In this document: in pieces, positions 1 through 10,108 of the stretch
Layout of the letters: the number at the start of each line of letters is the position of its first letter
How positions within the stretch are numbered: the stretch's first letter is position 1
Notes under the pieces: generated by a model
Seen by the model: the letters and a program-made list of their open reading frames with translations, nothing else
Databases searched by the model: none
Told to the model about the DNA's origin: nothing
Made by a program: the position numbers and the translations under genes
Assembly: GCA_029258835.1 (NCBI GenBank)
Contig: JAPDJY010000048.1
Location: forward strand, 33,195-57,194
From: Thermoproteota archaeon
Lineage (GTDB): Archaea; Asgardarchaeota; Jordiarchaeia; Jordiarchaeales; Freyrarchaeaceae
Length of the DNA stretch: 24,000 nucleotides
Reading direction: 5' to 3'

Positions 1-1
1 T

Positions 2-1827
<1,826 letters not shown>

Positions 1828-2070
1828 CATATTTTGTTTCGTGACGCGTTTTTCGCTTGAAATTTATATTATTCTTTAATAAAAAGTTGCATTTCATTGT
1901 AATTTTCAATCAACAGTGAGTTCACGGAAATAATCAAAAATACTGCCAAATAATTTATATTTAGCACTTTATTATTATTGATGATTGAGATATTAAACAT
2001 CGAGATCGAGACTTCTTCCCTACCAAATACTCTTTAGAGGGTTTACCTAAAGTAGCATGGGGGTTTCTCT

Positions 2071-2934
2071 TTGATAGTTGAAAATATTGCAAATAGAAAT
2101 GTGGTCTATGTAGCGGTGCCTGGCACACGTGATGAAGTTTTAGATGTTATGCGCCGCTACAATATCAGCGTCGTCCCGGTAGTTAAAAAGGGAACGAAAA
2201 CCCTTGTAGGTATAATCACTCATCGTGATTTAATGGAGAAGCCAGATGAAACTCAACTGGCTCTCTTAATGAAGAGAGATCCAATGACTATCTCAAAAAA
2301 CGCTACTTTAAAGGAACTTGTTGAGTTAATGCTGAAGAATAATATTTTCCATTTACCTGTAACTGAAAACGAAAAAACCTTGGTTGGTTTAGTTTCCCTC
2401 TCCGACATTGTCCGGAAAGCAATTACGGTTGAAAAGGAGACTGTTACAATAAGGCCATTTGTCCGTCATGTAATAATAGCGGTTTGGGAGGAAACCCCCT
2501 TGCCAGTTGCCTACATGATGATGAAGCTTGCCAAAGCCACCGTTTTACACGTTTTAGATGATAAAGGCAAGCTGGTCGGAGTGATAGACGAGTCAGACTT
2601 CCTGAAAGCCAGCGAAGTAATTTCAGAGGAAAAAATTTCTAGCATACCCTCAACTGGAGAAGGAACCGACTGGAGCTGGGATGTCAGCAGTATATTCTAT
2701 ATTATGACTAAGAGGCTCAACCTTCCCGAAAAGCCCGTTAAAGAAGTTATGACTAAAGATGTAATCACCGTAAGTGAGCATGCCACTCTTAGCGAATGCG
2801 CCCTTAAAATGATGAAATTCGACCTGGATCAGCTACCCGTTAAGAATGCTAAAGGAGAGCTGGTAGGAGTAATCAACGAACTAGACTTGGTTAGAGGATA
2901 TTACGAAACAGTATTGTCAAAGAGAAACGGTTAG
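2071..2934 (+). CDS. CBS-domain protein (four CBS repeats, two Bateman modules)
   Basis: Repeated CBS signatures are visible: ..ISVVPVVKKGTKTLVGIITHRDL.., ..IFHLPVTENEKTLVGLVSLSDI.., ..VLHVLDDKGKLVGVIDESDF.., ..LDQLPVKNAKGELVGVINELDL... It uses a TTG start. Confidence 0.85.
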   Translation: MIVENIANRNVVYVAVPGTRDEVLDVMRRYNISVVPVVKKGTKTLVGIITHRDLMEKPDETQLALLMKRDPMTISKNATLKELVELMLKNNIFHLPVTENEKTLVGLVSLSDIVRKAITVEKETVTIRPFVRHVIIAVWEETPLPVAYMMMKLAKATVLHVLDDKGKLVGVIDESDFLKASEVISEEKISSIPSTGEGTDWSWDVSSIFYIMTKRLNLPEKPVKEVMTKDVITVSEHATLSECALKMMKFDLDQLPVKNAKGELVGVINELDLVRGYYETVLSKRNG

Positions 2935-2942
2935 AAAAGGAG

Positions 2943-3095
2943 TTACTTCCTCTTTTTAAGTCTAAGCCTTTTAGATCTACATCGCCTACACCTTGTAGCG
3001 GATAAGGGGTTTCTTGCATAACATTTCCTGCAAATTTTCATTTGTAAAAGGTGGTATGCAGCAATACGCCTCTTATCTGGGTCTCCTATAGGCAT
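2943..3095 (-). CDS. rpl40e: 50S ribosomal protein L40e (eL40), 50 aa, below the ORF-track size cutoff
   Basis: My own minus-strand translation gives MPIGDPDKRRIAAYHLLQMKICRKCYARNPLSATRCRRCRSKRLRLKKRK*. It has the C-x2-C...C-x2-C zinc ribbon and basic tail typical of eL40. The ATG is the reverse complement of 3093-3095 and the TAA is the reverse complement of 2943-2945. Confidence 0.85.
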   Translation of the reverse strand: MPIGDPDKRRIAAYHLLQMKICRKCYARNPLSATRCRRCRSKRLRLKKRK

Positions 3096-3282
3096 CACGT
3101 CACCACCATAAGCTGCTGCTATAACAATCTATTACTCCAAAAAAAGAAAAGGCATTTAAGTTTTCCGCAAACCTATCAGCCACTAAGTTAACTATTTAAC
3201 TATGCCGCCTTGCTCTCCCCTTTTCCGAAGACTTAACTTAGGAAAAAATAAAGAATGGAGAATGAACATGTCTATTTGAATT

Positions 3283-3831
3283 TTGAAATTAGAATCTTTT
3301 TGGTTGAAATGTTCGACGGAGGCTGAGGTTTTGGATGTACGCTTTCCACATTATATACTCATTCCAGAGAAAGGTGAATATGTTAGAGGGAAAAGACCAG
3401 ATGTAGATTGCATCTTTTGTGCAATAGCGCGCGAAGACCCCAAGGTTCCCTCAAAACTCGTCTATAAAAACAAAGATTTCATGGTTCTTCTCAACATCTA
3501 CCCCTACAATCCTGGACATTTAATGGTCGCTCCTGTCAAACACGTAGAAAACCTTGAAGAATTAGATGAAGAGGAAATTAAAGGTCTCTTTGTTTTGGTT
3601 CAAAGAAGCATCAAGCTTCTTAGGGAAGTATATAACCCACATGGGTTTAACATTGGGATTAATCAGGGTAAAGCTGCAGGTGCAAGCATCAACCATCTTC
3701 ATGTACACGTAGTGCCAAGATACCTTGGCGAGTTAGGTTTCATAGACCTCTCCGGCTCAAGAATAATCGTTGAAAACCTAGAGGTAACCCTCAGAAAACT
3801 CAAATCAAAAGTTGCCCTCTTAGAGGGGTAA
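3283..3831 (+). CDS. HIT-family nucleotide hydrolase/transferase (Ap4A-phosphorylase/GalT-like branch)
   Basis: The histidine triad is INHLHVHVVPR, preceded by NIYPYNPGHLMVAP and an N-terminal CIFC. The exact start is uncertain: the ORF opens at TTG 3283 and an internal TTG is possible. Confidence 0.85.
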   Translation: MKLESFWLKCSTEAEVLDVRFPHYILIPEKGEYVRGKRPDVDCIFCAIAREDPKVPSKLVYKNKDFMVLLNIYPYNPGHLMVAPVKHVENLEELDEEEIKGLFVLVQRSIKLLREVYNPHGFNIGINQGKAAGASINHLHVHVVPRYLGELGFIDLSGSRIIVENLEVTLRKLKSKVALLEG

Positions 3832-3942
3832 AGTAACTCCACTCTCCCTGTTACAATAAAATCAGCTTTTTTATGGTTCAAAAGCAATTTACGGAAAAAG
3901 AGGGTAATCCTCTATTAGAAGCATTACTGCGAGGTGATGTAG

Positions 3943-4524
3943 GTGATCCACGATTTTGAAAAGATAAAGGTTAACGCTGTGCTAAATATCGTTTATCAGA
4001 TGGCTATTGCAGCTAAAACTGCTCCTAAAGCAAAGGGTGAAGACTCTGTTGAAATAGCGGTAGTGGATAATAAAGATAAAGATAAGGTAGCGAAGGTCAT
4101 GCATGAGATCGGTGCAATAACAAAAGATGAAAGATGGCATAGGGATGCAGTAAACGTTGAACAAGCTGACTTTATCCTACTTCTAGGAATAAAGCGAAGT
4201 GATGTTTTAGGAGCAAACTGTGGAGCATGCGGTTTTCCTACATGCGAGAAAATGCTCTCAGCAAGAAGCAAGGATACCACCTTTCCCGGGCCATTCTGCG
4301 CTTTTAAGCTTATCGACCTCGGAATCGCAGCTGGTAGTGCGGCGAAAACGGCATCCATACTTAACCTTGATAATCGCATAATGTTCCGAGTGGGGGTAGC
4401 GGCTAAACAACTTAACTTAATTAATGCTGATTATATTCTCGGAATACCCGTCTCAGCAACAGAGAAGAACCCGTTCTTCGACAGGACAAAAGAACTTTAC
4501 GAACAACACCTCGATCAATCATAG
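3943..4524 (+). CDS. DUF2148-type protein with a ferredoxin-like Cys cluster
   Basis: It contains AAKTAPKAKGED and the Cys motif GANCGACGFPTCEKM, as I recall for COG4739/DUF2148. The GTG start is preceded by GAGGTGAT (3931-3938). Confidence 0.7.
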   Translation: MIHDFEKIKVNAVLNIVYQMAIAAKTAPKAKGEDSVEIAVVDNKDKDKVAKVMHEIGAITKDERWHRDAVNVEQADFILLLGIKRSDVLGANCGACGFPTCEKMLSARSKDTTFPGPFCAFKLIDLGIAAGSAAKTASILNLDNRIMFRVGVAAKQLNLINADYILGIPVSATEKNPFFDRTKELYEQHLDQS

Positions 4525-4540
4525 TAAGAGTGTTTATTTC

Positions 4541-5110
4541 TCATCTTTTTATTATTTCTAGCAATTTGCTTAATATCCTGGCCGATGCCCCCCATATCTT
4601 ATGTTTATCGTAAAGGTAATATTTCCCAAACATATCTTGGTGTGCCTCTTCCATTAGATGAGAAAGTGGAGGGAGAATGACCTCCTCTACCTCCTTCGGG
4701 TTAACGTTGAACGTGAATCCCTCCGGCATCGATAAAAGTCCTACAACCGGTACGATGCTAAAATTTGTGATGTACGTTCGAATTGAAGGAAGAAAACCTA
4801 AAACCTCCACAAAATCCTTTTTTATCCCTAATTCCTCTTCAGCTTCCCTAAATGCCGTCTGAAGGGGGGTTTCATCGTTCTCCTTTACTCCTCCTGGAAA
4901 GCCATACTCCCCACCATGATACTTTAATTTTTTAGAACGCCTTATGAGTATGACATAGAGTTGACCATTAATCATCACGAGAGGTATCAGAACTGCGGCA
5001 GGCTTCCCGTCTTCTATGAACTTAGCGTCTTTGGATAGCGTTCTCCTTAAAAGTGTAATGATCTCTTCGCTACTTTTCTTAGTTATATTTCCATCCGACT
5101 CAGTCAACAA
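4541..5110 (-). CDS. NUDIX hydrolase, CoA-pyrophosphatase-like
   Basis: The Nudix box is GGEYGFPGGVKENDETPLQTAFREAEEELGI. The upstream VILIRRSKKLKYHGG resembles the CoA pyrophosphatase signature. It uses a TTG start. Confidence 0.85.
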   Translation of the reverse strand: MLTESDGNITKKSSEEIITLLRRTLSKDAKFIEDGKPAAVLIPLVMINGQLYVILIRRSKKLKYHGGEYGFPGGVKENDETPLQTAFREAEEELGIKKDFVEVLGFLPSIRTYITNFSIVPVVGLLSMPEGFTFNVNPKEVEEVILPPLSHLMEEAHQDMFGKYYLYDKHKIWGASARILSKLLEIIKR

Positions 5111-5471
5111 ATCCCCTCTTAAGAAACCATTAGTCTATTCCTCCACAGCTTCATTTTTTTACATTGTTCCCTTTAAAATTAATTGATTTTTAGCTCCCCA
5201 AATTATAGTTTTGATCCATAATTCATATTGAAAATTTTGCATAAGCCATTAGGAAACTTTGTGCTTTGAAAAAAGCATTTTCCCGCCCTGAATGTTTTCC
5301 GCTCATGTTGCAACCTTCATATTCATGTTGCTCTCCTTAGTTTTCCACCCGTCTTTCCAATCCTCTTTAGTGTTTAACATTTTAAGGTGCGAAGGAAAAA
5401 CGGTTATTTAAGTTTACCGAAATCTTTAAATATGTAAACGTTCGGGTTTCAAGCCGTACCTAATCTATATC

Positions 5472-5480
5472 TTTTATAAA
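5472..5480 (+). promoter_or_regulatory. Putative TATA box (TTTTATAAA) for tfb, implying a leaderless or short-leader mRNA
   Basis: An A/T hexamer matching the archaeal TATA consensus is centred about 24 nt upstream of ATG 5500. No experimental support. Confidence 0.4.
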
Positions 5481-5499
5481 CTTTTCGGATGATGAAAAG

Positions 5500-6444
5500 A
5501 TGGTGTCAGATTCTCTCCCTGAAAATGAAATATCCGATATACCTCGAACTTGCCCTGAATGTGGCTCTGCTTCTTTAATACAAGACGCGTCCCGTGGAGA
5601 AATAGTATGCGGTGAGTGCGGCCTTGTCATCGTCCATCACATCATAGATACTGGACCCGAGTGGAGGGCTTTTTGCAATGAGGAACGGCTGAAGAGAAGC
5701 CGAGTCGGATCCCCTACCTCCCTTACAGTTCATGATAAAGGTTTAAGTACAGTGATTGATTGGCGGGATAGGGATGTTCACGGGAAAAAACTGGCTCCGA
5801 GGCGCCGCGCTCAGGTTTATAGGTTACGTAAGTGGCAGATCAGGACTAGGGTTCATTCAGCAACCGACCGAAACTTAGCTTACGCTATGAGCGAGCTCGA
5901 GCGGATTTCCAGCCAGATTGGGATTCCAAATCCTGTTAAGCAAACAGCAGCTAATTTGTACCGGAAAGTTATTAAGAAGAGTTTAATTAGAGGTCGCTCA
6001 ATCGAGGCCATGGTCGCTGCTACAATCTATGGGGCGTGCAGAATCAGGCGGATTCCCAGAACACTAGAAGAAATTGCCAAGCACTCTCACGTAAGTAAAA
6101 AAGAGCTCGGTCGATGTTATCGCTTAGTGCTAAGGGAGCTGGAAATGAGCATTCCCATATCTGATCCTCGTGATTTTATTCCTCGCTTCAGCGCTGAACT
6201 ACAGCTTTCAGGGCGGGTTCAGAGTCAAGCTATGGAGATTCTGGAAAAAGCCAAAAAAGCAGGTATTACCGCTGGTAAGGACCCAACTGGTTTAGCAGCT
6301 GCTGCCCTTTATATCGCCGCTATTCTAGAGGATGAGCGAAGGACGCAAAGGGAAATCTCTGAGGTTGCACATGTAACCGAAGTCACGGTGAGGAATCGTT
6401 ACAAAGAACTTGTAAAAAAATTAGGATTGGACGTAGAAATCTAA
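5500..6444 (+). CDS. tfb: Transcription initiation factor IIB (TFB)
   Basis: The N-terminal zinc ribbon is CPECGS...CGECGLV. It is followed by the B-linker (GPEWRAF) and two cyclin-like repeats, including HVTEVTVRNRYKEL at the C-terminus. Confidence 0.95.
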   Translation: MVSDSLPENEISDIPRTCPECGSASLIQDASRGEIVCGECGLVIVHHIIDTGPEWRAFCNEERLKRSRVGSPTSLTVHDKGLSTVIDWRDRDVHGKKLAPRRRAQVYRLRKWQIRTRVHSATDRNLAYAMSELERISSQIGIPNPVKQTAANLYRKVIKKSLIRGRSIEAMVAATIYGACRIRRIPRTLEEIAKHSHVSKKELGRCYRLVLRELEMSIPISDPRDFIPRFSAELQLSGRVQSQAMEILEKAKKAGITAGKDPTGLAAAALYIAAILEDERRTQREISEVAHVTEVTVRNRYKELVKKLGLDVEI

Positions 6445-6472
6445 TTGCACCTCTTTTTCTTTTGAATCCCTG

Positions 6473-6784
6473 TTAGGTTATGTCTATTTTCTCTGGAGAA
6501 AAACCGACTGAAACCAAGAAATCCCGCGCCTTATACCTGTGATCTCCTTGCAGCTCTATTCTCCCTTCCTTATAAGTTCCTCCACAAGCACAGTATGACT
6601 TCAATTTCGCTGCAAGCTCTTCCAGGTTGACGTCCTTACTGTCTATCCCTTCTATTATTGTTACTTCCCTGCCCCACTTTCTTTTCTCAACCCTAAGCTT
6701 AACTCTCTGCTCCTCTTTTCCGATTTCTTGGCAAACACACAAGTCTTTAGGTAACCCACATACAGGACATATTTGGTGCGCCAT
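6473..6784 (-). CDS. sui1: Translation initiation factor aSUI1 (eIF1 homologue)
   Basis: MAHQICPVCGLPKDLCVCQEIGKEEQRVKLRVEKRKWGREVTIIEGI...CACGGTYKEGRIELQGDHR matches archaeal SUI1 end to end. I chose the ATG at 6784. The ORF extends to 6817, which would add 11 non-conserved residues. Confidence 0.9.
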   Translation of the reverse strand: MAHQICPVCGLPKDLCVCQEIGKEEQRVKLRVEKRKWGREVTIIEGIDSKDVNLEELAAKLKSYCACGGTYKEGRIELQGDHRYKARDFLVSVGFSPEKIDIT

Positions 6785-7061
6785 CAGTACACCATTCCAT
6801 ATTTTTATGAGAATCATCTAATCCTTAACGGGTAGCGTGTATTATTTTAATGTTATGGTTGCCTAATTCTCTCTTGATAAAGACTAGCAAATATTTCTTT
6901 CATTCAATTAATTCAACTTTTTCTAAATTTAAGGTTAGCATTAATTTACGGTGCATTCAGCAACATTTCCCTCTCTTTTCTATTTACTTTCATTAGTAAA
7001 ATATATGACTATTTGACTATAACTTGAATATGTGGACTTGATTATCACATTTTTATCGCAT

Positions 7062-7778
7062 TTATACGGTACTGGCCTCTCTCCATATTTTTTCTACTTC
7101 TCCCGGTGTCAGCTTTCTCAGTCTCTCTTTCTTTTCCTCTATTACTGCTATTTCTACTTGGTCAGGACTGAGCTTATCAGTTATTTTTATTAGCGTTTGC
7201 ATTGCCAGCCTTATTGCCTCGTTAGTTGACATATCTCTCCTATATTTTTCTTTAAGGTATTCCGTCGCTTTATCTTCGTTTTCACCTATAGCTGTCGCCA
7301 TATAACTTATAGCGGCACCACTTGTATCGATAAGCATAAGCTTGGCTCCCTCAGCATCTACACCGCCAAATATTAAGGCGCAGCCAAATGGCCTAGTTCC
7401 TCCAAACTGAGTGTACTGCTGCATTATGGATGAAAGCCTTCTTGCCAGAAATTCTAGTTTAATTTTCTCTCCATATGTTAACCTATACCTTTGGGCTATG
7501 TTCCTCGCTGCATCCATTAAAACTCTTGAGTCGGACATATATCCAGCTCCCACTGCTCCTATGTGCTCATCGATCATTACAATCTTGTCGTAATCCTCAA
7601 GGAGTCTATCATGCCTCCTTTTAACCCCTGCTAGGACAGCACCATCCTTAGCTCTTATACCTAATGCTGGTGCCCCTCTTCTGACAGCATTTTTAGAATA
7701 TTCAACTTGGAATATTCTCCCTTCAGGAGAGAACATAGCTATTGTTTTATCATACTCTGCCGTTCTTGGAGGCTCCAT
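7062..7778 (-). CDS. psmA: Proteasome subunit alpha
   Basis: The alpha-subunit N-terminal signature YDKTIAMFSPEGRIFQVEYSKNAV is present, together with GGTRPFGCALIFGG. Confidence 0.95.
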   Translation of the reverse strand: MEPPRTAEYDKTIAMFSPEGRIFQVEYSKNAVRRGAPALGIRAKDGAVLAGVKRRHDRLLEDYDKIVMIDEHIGAVGAGYMSDSRVLMDAARNIAQRYRLTYGEKIKLEFLARRLSSIMQQYTQFGGTRPFGCALIFGGVDAEGAKLMLIDTSGAAISYMATAIGENEDKATEYLKEKYRRDMSTNEAIRLAMQTLIKITDKLSPDQVEIAVIEEKKERLRKLTPGEVEKIWREASTV

Positions 7779-7950
7779 TCTCTTCCCTCTTTCATGGTTG
7801 TTTTTCCTAGACGATCCTCATTTTCTCTTAACATAAAGTTTTCCTAACCTTTAGCTAGGTTTGGTGGAATATAACATCAGAGTAACACCAAATTATTTTT
7901 GGTCGTTGTCTCATGTTACCTTACCCTTTTTCTGAGAAGGTGAAGCTGCA

Positions 7951-9426
7951 TTGAGACTTCTTAACGATCACGTGTGCCCTATATGCGGGAATGAAGAGGT
8001 GAGTTATTACTGCGAGTCATGTAGCTCTCTTTTTTGTACTTCATGCGTTAAGGTTCTAAAGACAAACTACGCAGTGTGTGATACTTGTGGAACCATTTAC
8101 CATTTAGACCCTCCCTTGAATAAACCGTTTTTCTGCAAGTCGTGTAAGGGTACTGTCTTTAGGGTTGGTGTTAAGAGATCTCTTCTTTGTCCTCAATGCG
8201 GCTCAAATAATGTAGTGAGTGTGCTTAGAAAGAAAGAATTACAACTGAGTAGGGTTAAAGGCCTCGGAAGCGACTTCCTCGATGTTTCCCCGTTTATGAT
8301 GAATGTCTTAAATGCTCTCTCAAAGATTAAAGCTCGTCTTCTGAAGCTTAGAAGAAACGGTTTTCTTCATCACCCTGACCTTGAAGAAGCAATTATAAAC
8401 TCTTATGTCTCTTTTTCATCACTTAAACTTAAGGCTCTTTCTAGAGTAGAGCGAATAGTAAGTGGGTTAGCCTCCAGCATCATTAACCTCTTTAGGGAAT
8501 GGTCTCCTCTGAAAATTAAGGAGATAGACGCTTACCTTGACCAAGTTAGTGGTGCTGTAGAGGAGTATAAAGGATTCGTGAAAGATGAATGCCAAAGCAT
8601 CATAAGCAAAATACGTGAAGTAAGCGCAGTCATAGAATACCTGGAATTTCATCATAACTTCTTTGAACGTTTTAAGAGCATACTCGACTTAAAGGATCAT
8701 GAAAGGCCCGTTTGCGTTATTCCTGAAGTCAAGTATACTGGCAGCGATTTTCTCTCTTCAGACAAAGGTGAAGGCTTATTATTCTTTACAAGTGAACGAG
8801 CCATATTCATAAGGCGGGAAGGGCTTCTTAAGAAGATGTTTAAAAGGCAGTTTAGTTTCCCATTAAACGATGTTGAACTTTTAGTTAAACGTGGTCTGCG
8901 GCGTGCTTTTATCCTTAAAACGGGCAAGGGGAAGGTCTGCTTTACGTCTTCAAGGCATGTTATAGAAAAAATTGAATCTTACTTTGAACTGGCAAAAAAC
9001 TTTAAGTCTCTCTCTTTGGCAGATGATACATTAACAAAAAGGCTTGAATCCATGAGTGTAGGCTTAAATGATTTCAAAAGAAAAATAACGTCTCTAATGC
9101 ATTCGCTTTTAAACCCAAAGAAAGCTGAATCTGAACACTCTCAACAAGTTCCTTCCCATCTTAACATTCCCTTTCCCCCTTCGCTCCCTCCCCCCCGCCC
9201 TTCTTGCTCAGTAATTCCACCTTACAGAAACGAGAATGACCGTAGAAAAGAGCTTCTCCTTCTAGAGAAGGAGAGGTTCGCGGTGGAGCAGAACCTCAAA
9301 AAACTCGAAGAGTTATGGGATAAAGGAGAAATTTCACTTGAAGACTACTTTAAACTTTCAAGGAAATTCAAGGGTGAACTTTACGAGCTTAACGCCAAAA
9401 TTCAGGAATTGACGTGCCGCCTCTAG
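7951..9426 (+). CDS. Hypothetical multidomain protein: triple zinc ribbon, helical region, PH/GRAM-like domain, Pro-rich linker, SHOCT-like C-terminal helix
   Basis: The TTG start lies 7 nt after AAGGTGA (7937-7943). Six CxxC pairs occur at C9/12, C21/24, C29/32, C43/46, C62/65 and C80/83. Residues about 255-347 (GEGLLFFTSERAIFIRREG...RAFILKTGKGKVCFTS) read as a PH-like fold. A Pro-rich stretch IPFPPSLPPPRPSCSVIPPY follows. The tail is LKKLEELWDKGEISLEDYFKLSRKF. The domain calls rest on pattern recognition only. Confidence 0.8.
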   Translation: MRLLNDHVCPICGNEEVSYYCESCSSLFCTSCVKVLKTNYAVCDTCGTIYHLDPPLNKPFFCKSCKGTVFRVGVKRSLLCPQCGSNNVVSVLRKKELQLSRVKGLGSDFLDVSPFMMNVLNALSKIKARLLKLRRNGFLHHPDLEEAIINSYVSFSSLKLKALSRVERIVSGLASSIINLFREWSPLKIKEIDAYLDQVSGAVEEYKGFVKDECQSIISKIREVSAVIEYLEFHHNFFERFKSILDLKDHERPVCVIPEVKYTGSDFLSSDKGEGLLFFTSERAIFIRREGLLKKMFKRQFSFPLNDVELLVKRGLRRAFILKTGKGKVCFTSSRHVIEKIESYFELAKNFKSLSLADDTLTKRLESMSVGLNDFKRKITSLMHSLLNPKKAESEHSQQVPSHLNIPFPPSLPPPRPSCSVIPPYRNENDRRKELLLLEKERFAVEQNLKKLEELWDKGEISLEDYFKLSRKFKGELYELNAKIQELTCRL

Positions 9427-9440
9427 CATCCTCTTCCTAA

Positions 9441-10088
9441 TCATCCTTTCTCCTCGGCTTTCTCCTTTTTCTCTCCTTCTTCAAGCTCCTTCCTTAAGCT
9501 TTCTAGGTCTTCTAGAAGTACTTCCTTGTCGGGTATTGGCGGCTCCGTTGGGACTTCCGGCTCTTTAACCCCCTCGAGAGCTATTTCCGCTTCAAGTTTG
9601 TCCAACTCGGCGCTTACGTCTATGCCCTCCCCCATGCTTACCGGCGATGACAGTAACTCTCCGCTCCTATCTATTTCCTCCATCATCTGTTCGTGCCTTA
9701 TAGTCATCTCCATTATTTCATCCGAGCTGGCAAGCTTCATTGCGTCTTCCATGATCTTCCCAGCAGCAGCAACGCTTTCCTTAACCTGCACTATGTCATG
9801 GGCTTGCTCTATAGCGAAAAGCCGTGTTTCAAGGTTCTCTATAAACCCGGCATACCTGTTAAGGGCATTTAGATAGAAGTGGTATCGCCTCAAAGCGAGT
9901 TCAGCACCTTTTCTATTACCCGCTCTAAGATACATTTTCGCGGTTTCTCTAGCCCTTCTCGCCTGTTGCTCATACCTCTTTGACTTAGCGATTAAATTGT
10001 TTATGGTAGCCCTTATCTCACTAATTATTTGATCTCTGCTCTTAGGTCTCTTACCAAACAGCTTGTCTTTTAAGCTCATTCGAACCAT
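9441..10088 (-). CDS. ESCRT-III / Snf7 (CdvB-like) superfamily protein, paralogue A
   Basis: It shows MSLKDKLFGKRPK.., then a long helical hairpin with tip ..AKMYLRAGNRKGAELALRRY.., then IEQAHD..V..ESVAAAGKIMEDAMK, acidic helices (ELDKLEAEIALEG), and a Pro-rich and helical tail EPEVPTEPPIPDKEVLLEDLESLRKELEE. The likely true start is the second ATG (10079, giving MSLK..). Confidence 0.8.
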   Translation of the reverse strand: MVRMSLKDKLFGKRPKSRDQIISEIRATINNLIAKSKRYEQQARRARETAKMYLRAGNRKGAELALRRYHFYLNALNRYAGFIENLETRLFAIEQAHDIVQVKESVAAAGKIMEDAMKLASSDEIMEMTIRHEQMMEEIDRSGELLSSPVSMGEGIDVSAELDKLEAEIALEGVKEPEVPTEPPIPDKEVLLEDLESLRKELEEGEKKEKAEEKG

Positions 10089-10108
10089 TTTCCCCCTTCA
10101 TGTTCCAG

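Noticed and set aside
5488-5521. A C/D-box sRNA-like ATGATGA ... CTGA pair at the tfb start, and TGATGA at 1980-1985
   Set aside because: Only one box pair is present, with no C'/D' boxes and no terminal stem. One candidate overlaps the tfb start codon region. This is consistent with chance occurrence in AT-rich sequence.
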